Positions 36,418 to 44,334 of a stretch of DNA of 64,000 bases are shown here, in pieces. A model generated the notes under the pieces. The model worked only from the letters and a program-made list of their open reading frames with translations, ran no database searches and was not told the DNA's origin. Source of the DNA: an uncultured Bacilli bacterium (GTDB lineage: Bacteria > Bacillota_I > Bacilli_A > RF39 > UBA660); NCBI GenBank assembly GCA_934101115.1, contig CAKOPW010000009.1, positions 677-64,676 of the forward strand, in the 5' to 3' direction. The translations under genes were made by a program, and so were the position numbers. The first letter of the stretch is position 1; every line of letters begins with the position of its first letter.

Positions 36418-37402
36418 GATATGTTTTGGATGTGGTGTGAAACTACAATCAACGGATAAAGAAAAACTTGGCTACGTACCAGAAGAAAAATTAGAATCAT
36501 CAAAATACTGTATGCGTTGTTTTAGGATGATGCATTATGGAGAGGTAAGATTAGAAGAAACTCCTAAAGATAAAAAGGAGATAATTAACAAAATTAATAA
36601 AGATAATAAGTTTGTTATATTTTTAGTTGACTTTTTAAATATAAATGATAATACAATGGATTTATATAAAAGTATAAAGCGTGATAAACTTCTTGTAATT
36701 AATAAGTGTGAGTTGTTACCTAAACATGTTAAACGTGAAAACATAAGAAATTTCGTCAAGGAATATTATCACGTTAATGGAGAGATAAGACTTAAAGGTG
36801 GTAATAATTCTCATGGAGCTACGTCTATCTTAAATTATTTAGAAAAAAATAATATAAAAGAAACTTATATAGTAGGAATGACTAATGCTGGTAAAAGTAC
36901 ATTAATAAATGATTTGATAAAAGCAACAAATACAGATGTTTCTAAAATTAATGTAAACAATAAAAAGAATACAACTCTTGATTTTATTCGTGTAAAATTG
37001 AATAATGGTCTTCTTTTAATTGATTCTCCAGGAATTGTATTTGATGACTTTGTGTCATGTGATGTTGTTGATGATAGTGTAGGTGCTTATAGTTTTAATA
37101 TGAAATCAGGTGAAACTTTGGCTTTACTTGATAGAAAATATTATGTAAAAGTAGATTCGTCAACGCCAATAACTTTTTATACTAATTTAAGTGCTAAAAA
37201 TGTTGCTAAGAAAGTTTATAAGAATTCTGAAAAATTGAACAATTCAATAGAAGTTTTAGGAAATACGGATATAGTTATAAAAGGTATTGGTTTTATATCT
37301 ATAAAAAATAGAACAAAAGTAAGTCTTAATATAGATCCTAAATATTTAGAAATTAGAAAGAGTATTTTTGGAGGTATTTATGAAAATACAAGTAATGAGT
37401 GA
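36410..37402 (+). CDS. yqeH: ribosome biogenesis GTPase YqeH
   Basis: N-terminal zinc finger (CFGCG...CMRC) and a circularly permuted GTPase (NKCELL before GMTNAGKSTLIN). Confidence 0.85.
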   Translation: MNKICFGCGVKLQSTDKEKLGYVPEEKLESSKYCMRCFRMMHYGEVRLEETPKDKKEIINKINKDNKFVIFLVDFLNINDNTMDLYKSIKRDKLLVINKCELLPKHVKRENIRNFVKEYYHVNGEIRLKGGNNSHGATSILNYLEKNNIKETYIVGMTNAGKSTLINDLIKATNTDVSKINVNNKKNTTLDFIRVKLNNGLLLIDSPGIVFDDFVSCDVVDDSVGAYSFNMKSGETLALLDRKYYVKVDSSTPITFYTNLSAKNVAKKVYKNSEKLNNSIEVLGNTDIVIKGIGFISIKNRTKVSLNIDPKYLEIRKSIFGGIYENTSNE

Positions 37403-39155
37403 TAATTTAGCTAATAAAATTGCTGCAGGAGAAGTTGTTGAAAGAATTTCTTCAGTTGTCAAAGAATTAGTTGAAAATAGTATTGATGCTGGTAGTAAAA
37501 CTATAATTGTTGATTTAGTTGAAAGTGGAACTAAGCAAATAAAAGTGACTGATGATGGAAGCGGAATGGATCATGATGATGCTCTTTTATCATTTAGAAG
37601 ACATGCAACTAGTAAGATAAAAAAAGAAGATGATTTATTTTTTATTTCTACGTTGGGATTTCGTGGTGAAGCATTGCCAAGTATTGCATCAGTTTCAAAG
37701 GTGGATCTTCGTACTTCAACTGGAGTAGGCGGAACACATATCGTTATTAATGGAGGAACTCTAGTAACTGATGAACCATCTCAAGAAAAATGTGGAACAA
37801 CTATAAGTGTTAATGATTTATTTTATAATACACCTGCTAGATTAAAATATTTAAAAAGTGATATTACAGAACTTTCTAATGTAACTACCTATATTGAAAA
37901 ACTAGCATTAAGTCATCCAAATATTTCTTTTACTTTAACTAATAATGATAAAAGAATTGTATTTACTTCGGGTAGTTCTGATCTTCTTAAAACTATTCAT
38001 GAAATATATGGTTATCAAGTTAGTTCTAATATGCTTTCTTTTAAGGCTAGTAATGATGATTATGATATCTCTGGTTTTATTTGTAAACCTTGTATTTTAA
38101 AAAGCAATAGAAATCATATGACAACTATTGTTAATGGAAGATGCGTAAGAAATGCCGAAGTTAATGCAGCTATAAATGATGGTTATCATACTTTTAAACC
38201 GGATATAAAGTATCCAGTTGTAGTAATGATGATTGATACCGATCCAACACTTATAGATGTTAATATCCATCCAACAAAACAAGATATTAAATTTTCGAAA
38301 ATTGATGGACTTAAAACTCTTATTACAGAAACAGTTAATTCAACACTAAAAAAAGCTCTTTTAATTCCAAAGATAGATACTTATGAATATCAAGAAATCA
38401 ATGAATATCCAACAATATCTGATGTTGAAAAGATAGAAACAGAAGAGATTCAATTTGACTTTAAAACGACTCCAAAAGAAGATATAACCAAGGAATCCAC
38501 TTTTGAGGATATTAAAGAAATTGTTGATGAAACTAAAAATCCAGATTTGGTTGAAAATGAACAAATAAAAAAAGAAGAGCTATATGCTGTAGGAATCGCT
38601 TTAGGAACTTATATAATAGCTCAAAATGAAAAAGGAATGTATTTGATTGATCAACATGCAGCTCAAGAAAGAATCAATTATGAACGCGTTTTAAGAGGAC
38701 TTGAAAGTGCAACTATTTATACAACACCTTTACTTCTTCCAATTCCAATTGAACTTACTACATCGGAATTTTTAAAGATAAAAGAGAATATGAATGTATT
38801 AAATGATTTAGGTTTTAAAATAGAAGAATTTGGAATAAATACATTTGTAGTTAAAGAGCATCCTACTTGGTTGATAAATGGATTAGAAACAGAAAGCATT
38901 AGACGTATATTTGATATTATAATTGAAGGTAAGAATATGTTTGATCGAGTTAAATTTCATGACCATATAGCAGCAACTATGGCATGCAAAATGAGCGTTA
39001 AAGGTAATGAAGCAATAACACTTGAACAAGCCCAAAAACTTTTAGATGATTTGGTTTTATGCAATAATCCTTATAACTGCCCACATGGAAGACCAACAAT
39101 AATTACATTTACTCGTTATGAACTTGAAAGAATGTTTAAAAGAGTTATGAATTAG
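37380..39155 (+). CDS. mutL: DNA mismatch repair protein MutL
   Basis: N-terminal GHKL ATPase (LANKIAAGEVVERISSVVKELVENSIDAG, DDGSGM) and the C-terminal endonuclease motif DQHAAQERINYE. ATG 37380 lies behind ggagg. Confidence 0.92.
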   Translation: MKIQVMSDNLANKIAAGEVVERISSVVKELVENSIDAGSKTIIVDLVESGTKQIKVTDDGSGMDHDDALLSFRRHATSKIKKEDDLFFISTLGFRGEALPSIASVSKVDLRTSTGVGGTHIVINGGTLVTDEPSQEKCGTTISVNDLFYNTPARLKYLKSDITELSNVTTYIEKLALSHPNISFTLTNNDKRIVFTSGSSDLLKTIHEIYGYQVSSNMLSFKASNDDYDISGFICKPCILKSNRNHMTTIVNGRCVRNAEVNAAINDGYHTFKPDIKYPVVVMMIDTDPTLIDVNIHPTKQDIKFSKIDGLKTLITETVNSTLKKALLIPKIDTYEYQEINEYPTISDVEKIETEEIQFDFKTTPKEDITKESTFEDIKEIVDETKNPDLVENEQIKKEELYAVGIALGTYIIAQNEKGMYLIDQHAAQERINYERVLRGLESATIYTTPLLLPIPIELTTSEFLKIKENMNVLNDLGFKIEEFGINTFVVKEHPTWLINGLETESIRRIFDIIIEGKNMFDRVKFHDHIAATMACKMSVKGNEAITLEQAQKLLDDLVLCNNPYNCPHGRPTIITFTRYELERMFKRVMN

Positions 39156-39163
39156 GAGGGTTT

Positions 39164-40015
39164 ATGAAAAAAAAGATACTTATTGGCATTATTATTGTGC
39201 TTGTTGTATTTTCTTCGATATTTGTTATTTTTACTCTTGATAAAAAAGATGAAAAAGCAATTATTCCTGTTACTAACAGTAGCACTTCATCAACTTCGAT
39301 TGAAACAAGTGAAGTTACAACCGAGACAACTACATCAGTAACTGAAGAGGTATCTACAACATTAACAACAAAAAAGACAGAAACAACTAAGAAAACTACT
39401 ACTAAAAAGTCAACAACGACACTTGATTACAAACTAGTGAAAGAAACTAAAAGCGAAGAGACTACAAAGTATGGAACTATAATAAAAGATAATTATGAAA
39501 TATCTTATAAAGTTTATAACGATGGGAGAAAGGAAGAAACATCTAAAAAGAAAAAGAGTACAACAATTGATTCTACAAATTTTAAAGCAACAACGAGTGA
39601 ATTAAAAAGTGAAGCTAATTCTGTAAAGAATTCTAATAAAAGTACTTATAATGAAATGCTTTCATATGTTAATAATTATCGAAGTGAGGTTAATGTAGGT
39701 TCGTTAACTATTGATGACAATTTGAATTTGGCAGCTACGATTCGTGCAATTGAGATGGCTTATTCAAAAAAGTTTTCTCATACTAGACCAGATGGAAGTA
39801 TGTGTTATAGTGTCATTGATGATTTAGGAATTACGGCTTATTCAATAGGAGAAAATATAGCATATGGTCAAAGAACAGTTGCTGCTGTAAGTGAGGCATG
39901 GAAAAATTCTTCTGGTCATTATGCTAATATGATAAGTTCAAACTTTTCAAAAATTGGATTTGGCAAGTATACTTTAAATGGATATACTTATTGGGTTCAA
40001 ATATTTGCTGATTAA
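39164..40015 (+). CDS. CAP/SCP-domain protein with an N-terminal TM anchor and Thr/Ser-rich linker
   Basis: C-terminal YRSEVNVGSL...FSHTRPDG...GENIAYG...W.NSSGHYANM is a CAP (PR-1-like) pattern. Confidence 0.75.
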   Translation: MKKKILIGIIIVLVVFSSIFVIFTLDKKDEKAIIPVTNSSTSSTSIETSEVTTETTTSVTEEVSTTLTTKKTETTKKTTTKKSTTTLDYKLVKETKSEETTKYGTIIKDNYEISYKVYNDGRKEETSKKKKSTTIDSTNFKATTSELKSEANSVKNSNKSTYNEMLSYVNNYRSEVNVGSLTIDDNLNLAATIRAIEMAYSKKFSHTRPDGSMCYSVIDDLGITAYSIGENIAYGQRTVAAVSEAWKNSSGHYANMISSNFSKIGFGKYTLNGYTYWVQIFAD

Positions 40016-40041
40016 ATATTCTCGTTTTGAGAATATTTTTT
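40014..40041 (+). terminator. rho-independent terminator
   Basis: Stem aaatattctc (40014-40023) pairs with gagaatattt (40029-40038), followed by a T-run. Confidence 0.65.
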
Positions 40042-40042
40042 C

Positions 40043-40071
40043 TTGCAATAAATCGTATTTTTAATTATAAT
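40043..40071 (+). promoter_or_regulatory. sigma-A promoter of the three-paralog operon
   Basis: TTGCAA (40043-40048), 17 nt spacer, TATAAT (40066-40071). Confidence 0.55.
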
Positions 40072-40096
40072 ATGTTCTACATTGGAGGGGTGTTTT

Positions 40097-40894
40097 ATGA
40101 AAATACTTATAATAATTATGGAAATTATTCTATACTTTACTGAACGTGCAAGACTTTCAAGAATGTTACAAGATAAAGGATACTTTTACAAACGTTTTTC
40201 AATATTTAAAACTAAGCCATTACTAAAAATATTGATTATGCTACTTTACATTTTATCAGCGCTATTTCCTTTATGCTTTATAGTTTTTAATGATATTCTA
40301 TTTTATTCAGTTAAAAGAAAAATCGAAACTGATATTGATTCTTTAAAACCTTACCTTATCCCTATGACTGAAAGAGAAAAACAATTTCATGAAAATGTTA
40401 AAAATGTTAAATCTCGTGAAGAAGTGTTGGATTTACTAGAAAGTCCATTAACTAATGAACAAACAGAAACTCTTACTGACAAGAGAAAATCTAAGGGTCT
40501 TAAAACAAATCAAAAGAGTTTAAGAAAGTTTCAAAATCGCTTACTCCCTCTTGCTTATACTTTAGATGAGGTAGAATACATAAGTGAGAATCTTAATATT
40601 CCTTACACACTTGCAACTGATGGAAGCATTAATATGGCATTTCTTGGAATGGATGAAAAAAACAATTTTAAAAGCTATGTTGATGGCGAAAATGTAACAT
40701 TTAATATAATAGGTTTAGATGAAGCTAAAGATTCTACTTTCATTGTTTTTACATCTTGTGGTGAAGAATTGACTGATCCTTTGATCGAAAATATTAGAAT
40801 TATGAGAAAAAATAAAAGTGTTTGTTCAATACCAACAAGCTCAGATGCTTATGAATTTGTTACGAATGATAAAAAATTAGAAAGGGTATTGTAG
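40097..40894 (+). CDS. unknown-family membrane protein, paralog 1 of 3
   Basis: ATG lies behind ggagggg. N-terminal TM and a second hydrophobic segment. C-terminal block LPLAYTLDEVEYISENLNIPYTLATDG...AFLG is shared with the next two genes. Confidence 0.55.
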   Translation: MKILIIIMEIILYFTERARLSRMLQDKGYFYKRFSIFKTKPLLKILIMLLYILSALFPLCFIVFNDILFYSVKRKIETDIDSLKPYLIPMTEREKQFHENVKNVKSREEVLDLLESPLTNEQTETLTDKRKSKGLKTNQKSLRKFQNRLLPLAYTLDEVEYISENLNIPYTLATDGSINMAFLGMDEKNNFKSYVDGENVTFNIIGLDEAKDSTFIVFTSCGEELTDPLIENIRIMRKNKSVCSIPTSSDAYEFVTNDKKLERVL

Positions 40895-40895
40895 T

Positions 40896-41738
40896 ATGGC
40901 TTTTTTTGTCCTTTTTACATTTTATGTAATTTTAGCTTATTTAACTGGTAATGTTTATAAAACTATTATGGATCGAAAGAAATATGAAGTATTTTTTAAA
41001 TTTGCTGAAGAAGGATATGTTTTAAAAGATGATCCAGTGTTTTCAGAAGAGGAAAAAGAAAGACTTGCTTCGTTTGCGATTATGTCTGACCTTTTTAAAT
41101 TCATACCATTTATTAATATAATTGGAGCACTTGCTCTCACTCAAGAAACGATTAAAATGTATAAGTCGGCAAAATATTCAGAAAAAGATAAACTTTATTT
41201 GTCAGAGGAGGATAGAAATAAGTTTTTAAAAAGTAATAGTTATTTGGAAAAAAAGTTAATTATAGATAAAGTTGCTTTAGAACTCGGATTAATGCACTTT
41301 GCTTCATATTTGAGAACGTCTATAATAATATATGATATTTTATTGTTAAAATGTCAATTGTGTCCAATGGCATATACGTTAGATGAAGTAAAACTTATTG
41401 CAGAAAAGCTAAAAGTACCATTTACTCTTGGAAAAATAGATGGCATACCAGTTGCTTTAATTGGAGCACGTATTTTTGAAAGCATTAAAACAGATGATAA
41501 TTCTTTATATGAAATATCAGATGATTTTGGCTCAAATGATCATTTTAAAATTTATTTAATTAATAAAGAAGAATTAACCGATGAAGCTATTAATGGTTTA
41601 GTTGACATGGTTAATAATAATAGAAGAAAGTCTAATAAAGAACCTTATGAAACAACCTCGCCGAATTTAAATAATTGTTTAGCTGAACAACTTGAATGTG
41701 CACCAATTGATGAGATAAGACTAGAAAAGAGAATATAA
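40896..41738 (+). CDS. unknown-family membrane protein, paralog 2 of 3
   Basis: Starts 1 nt after the paralog-1 stop. Contains FKFIPFINIIGAL, LSEEDR, CPMAYTLDEVKLIAEKLKVPFTLGKIDGIPVALIG and FKIYLINKEELTDE. Confidence 0.55.
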   Translation: MAFFVLFTFYVILAYLTGNVYKTIMDRKKYEVFFKFAEEGYVLKDDPVFSEEEKERLASFAIMSDLFKFIPFINIIGALALTQETIKMYKSAKYSEKDKLYLSEEDRNKFLKSNSYLEKKLIIDKVALELGLMHFASYLRTSIIIYDILLLKCQLCPMAYTLDEVKLIAEKLKVPFTLGKIDGIPVALIGARIFESIKTDDNSLYEISDDFGSNDHFKIYLINKEELTDEAINGLVDMVNNNRRKSNKEPYETTSPNLNNCLAEQLECAPIDEIRLEKRI

Positions 41739-41739
41739 T

Positions 41740-42555
41740 ATGCCTTCTTTTATAATAGCATTTTTAATATATGCATTTTTAACGTATAAGACTATTCAAG
41801 TTCAAGATAACTTGTTAAATTTGATGAAGTATCGAATTGCAAAAAAGTTAACTTCTAAAGGGTTTATATTAAAAAATGGAAAACATTTTAATGAACAAGA
41901 GCAAAAGAACTTTGATATACTTTTAATGATAAATGATATAATTAAATTTATTCCTTTTATTAATGCTGTATATGCTGCAATGTTTTCAAATTTAGTGGTA
42001 AGGAAAGCTACTAAAAGAAATTATTCGGATAATGAAAAAATATATCTAAGTAAAGAAGAAAAATTTAATATAACAGGTGCTAAAAATGTTCATGAATTAA
42101 TTATAGCTGTTGATAAGGTTCGTTTAAGAGACATGAACGAAGATAGGAAAAAATATTTTTCTACTTCATATGTTTCATCTGGAAAGCTTCATTTAAAAGG
42201 TAAACTACCTGATTTATCTTATACTTTATCTGAAGTTTATAAAATAGCTACTATGTTGGATAAACCTTTTACTATTGGTAAAATAGGAGATGATTATCTA
42301 GCTTTTGTTGGTAATAATATTGAAAATCTGATAAATACTCATCCTGATAATAAGCTGTTTGTTCCAATGAAAGAAGTAGAGGATAATAGCAGATTTGAAG
42401 TATATTTAATAAATTTAGAAGATTTATCTGAAGAAGAAAAGAATCAAGTAGTTGAAGTAATAAAAAATGAAAGAGATATAGATTCTTCTGATTCTGAACC
42501 TAATATAAAAGTCTTTGAATCAACAGAAGAAAGAAAGTTAGAATTAACGCGTTAA
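41740..42555 (+). CDS. unknown-family membrane protein, paralog 3 of 3
   Basis: Starts 1 nt after the paralog-2 stop. Contains IKFIPFINAVYAA, LSKEEK, LPDLSYTLSEVYKIATMLDKPFTIGKIGDDYLAFVG and FEVYLINLEDLSEE. Confidence 0.55.
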   Translation: MPSFIIAFLIYAFLTYKTIQVQDNLLNLMKYRIAKKLTSKGFILKNGKHFNEQEQKNFDILLMINDIIKFIPFINAVYAAMFSNLVVRKATKRNYSDNEKIYLSKEEKFNITGAKNVHELIIAVDKVRLRDMNEDRKKYFSTSYVSSGKLHLKGKLPDLSYTLSEVYKIATMLDKPFTIGKIGDDYLAFVGNNIENLINTHPDNKLFVPMKEVEDNSRFEVYLINLEDLSEEEKNQVVEVIKNERDIDSSDSEPNIKVFESTEERKLELTR

Positions 42556-42602
42556 ACCGTTAATTTTTTTATGTATATTTTTGTAAAATAATAAAAAACA
42601 GA

Positions 42603-42672
42603 TTGATTGAAGTGGCATTTTAGTGTATATTATATGTAGACAGTGGCAGAAAGTGGAAGAAAGTGGGGAAAT
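42603..42672 (+). promoter_or_regulatory. Pmra promoter with MraZ-type GTGG direct-repeat operator
   Basis: TTGATT (42603-42608), 17 nt spacer, TATATT (42626-42631). AGTGG(N)5 units begin at 42611, 42642, 42652 and 42662, and the last three have exact 10-bp phasing. Confidence 0.6.
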
Positions 42673-42674
42673 TT

Positions 42675-43118
42675 ATGTTGATGGGTGAGTATCATCATAA
42701 TATTGATGATAAAAATCGACTAGTTCTTCCGAGTAAGTTTAGAAACGAATTAGGAGAAAAAATCATTATTACTCGTGGACTAGATAAATGCTTATTCGTC
42801 TATTCGACCAGCGAATGGCAAAAAATTGTCGATAAATTAAAAACTTTACCATTTACACATAAAGACGCTCGTGACTTTGTTCGATTTTTCTTATCTGGCG
42901 CTATCGAAGCTGAATTCGACCGTAGTGGAAGAATCAGCATTACCTCCCCATTGATCGGATATGCCGGTATTACACGTGAATGTGTTATTATCGGCGCAAA
43001 CGATCGACTAGAAATTTGGGATAATGATTCATGGAATAATTTCCTAAATGAAAATGATGAAAAATTTGCAAGTATAGCAGAAAATTTATTTACTACAGGT
43101 GATTACAATGCATTATAG
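42675..43118 (+). CDS. mraZ: transcriptional regulator MraZ
   Basis: MLMGEYHHNIDDKNRLVLPSKFR plus a second DxxxR repeat (EFDRSGRISI). Heads the dcw cluster. Confidence 0.9.
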   Translation: MLMGEYHHNIDDKNRLVLPSKFRNELGEKIIITRGLDKCLFVYSTSEWQKIVDKLKTLPFTHKDARDFVRFFLSGAIEAEFDRSGRISITSPLIGYAGITRECVIIGANDRLEIWDNDSWNNFLNENDEKFASIAENLFTTGDYNAL

Positions 43119-44019
43119 TGTTTTGCTTAAAGAAAGTATTGATTTACTAAATATAAAAGAAGATGGAATATATGTTGATTGTACATTAGGCTATGCTGGT
43201 CATAGTAAAGAGATTCTAAAAAGATTAAAAAATGGATTCCTTTATGCTTTTGATCAAGATTTAGAGGCAATTGAATATTCTAGAAAAGTTTTATCAGAGA
43301 TTGGAGATAATTTTGAGATAATTCATTCCAATTTTTCCAATTTGAAAAATGAACTTATGGAAAGAGGAGTTACTCACGTTGATGGAATTTTATTTGACTT
43401 AGGATTTTCTTCTCCTCAAATCGACAATGTTACTCGTGGTTTTTCTTTTATGAAAGATGCAGATCTCGATATGCGTATGGATCAAACAGCAAAGAAAAGC
43501 GCTTATGATGTAGTAAATAATTATAGTCAAGAAGAATTAACTAATATATTTTATAAATATGCTGAAGAGAAATATTCAAAAAGCATTGCTAAAAATATTG
43601 TATCTTCAAGACCAATAAAAAGAACTTTAGAACTTGTAGATATTATAAAAAGAAGTGTACCAGTTAGTTACTATAATACAAGACATCCTGAACGTGTTAT
43701 ATTTCAAGCGATAAGAATTGAAGTAAACAATGAACTTGGTGTCTTAGAAAGTGTTCTACCTGATGCTATAGATTTATTAAATTGTGAAGGAAGAATTGCT
43801 GTTATAACGTTCCATTCTTTAGAGGATAGAATAGTTAAGCATATATTTAAAAATGCCAGCGAAGTTCCGGAAATAGTAAAAGGTATCCCTGATATACCTG
43901 ATGAATATAAACCAAAAATAAAATTAATAAATAAAAAACCAATTGTTGCATCAAGCAACGAAATAAATGAAAACTCACGAAGCAAAAGTGCCAAACTTAG
44001 AGTAATAGAAAGGGTATAG
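43108..44019 (+). CDS. rsmH: 16S rRNA (cytosine1402-N4)-methyltransferase RsmH
   Basis: H.SVLL.E, YVDCTLGYAGHS, DLGFSSPQ and ITFHSLEDR motifs. Overlaps mraZ by 11 nt. Confidence 0.92.
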   Translation: MHYSVLLKESIDLLNIKEDGIYVDCTLGYAGHSKEILKRLKNGFLYAFDQDLEAIEYSRKVLSEIGDNFEIIHSNFSNLKNELMERGVTHVDGILFDLGFSSPQIDNVTRGFSFMKDADLDMRMDQTAKKSAYDVVNNYSQEELTNIFYKYAEEKYSKSIAKNIVSSRPIKRTLELVDIIKRSVPVSYYNTRHPERVIFQAIRIEVNNELGVLESVLPDAIDLLNCEGRIAVITFHSLEDRIVKHIFKNASEVPEIVKGIPDIPDEYKPKIKLINKKPIVASSNEINENSRSKSAKLRVIERV

Positions 44020-44021
44020 TT

Positions 44022-44318
44022 ATGAAAAAATCAACTTCAAACAAAGGAATTAAATTTAAAAAAGGAGAAAAGTTAATTATTGCAGTTTTAGCTCTTCTTG
44101 CACTTATGACACCAGTTATGATTGTGTATACAAGTGCTACTTTATCAAGTTCAAATATTGAAGTCGAAAAGATGAAGAAGAAAATTGAAAAACAAGAAAA
44201 TGTTAATTCAAGTTTATCAATGCAAGTAGATGAACTTGCAAGTCTATCCACTATTCAAGATGTTGCAAAGAGTAATGGTTTAAGCTATAATAATGATAAT
44301 ATAATAGTTATTAAATAA
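44022..44318 (+). CDS. ftsL: cell division protein FtsL-like
   Basis: 98 aa with one TM helix followed by a coiled coil. Lies in the canonical position between rsmH and the PBP. Confidence 0.6.
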   Translation: MKKSTSNKGIKFKKGEKLIIAVLALLALMTPVMIVYTSATLSSSNIEVEKMKKKIEKQENVNSSLSMQVDELASLSTIQDVAKSNGLSYNNDNIIVIK

Positions 44319-44334
44319 TAAGTGAGGTTAAAGC

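Noticed and set aside
39280-39430. Thr/Ser codon-rich tracts (also 49760-49795) that look repetitive at the DNA level.
   Set aside because: These are low-complexity linker coding inside the CAP-domain and bitopic membrane proteins. They are not tandem DNA repeats with a defined unit, and not CRISPR or VNTR.
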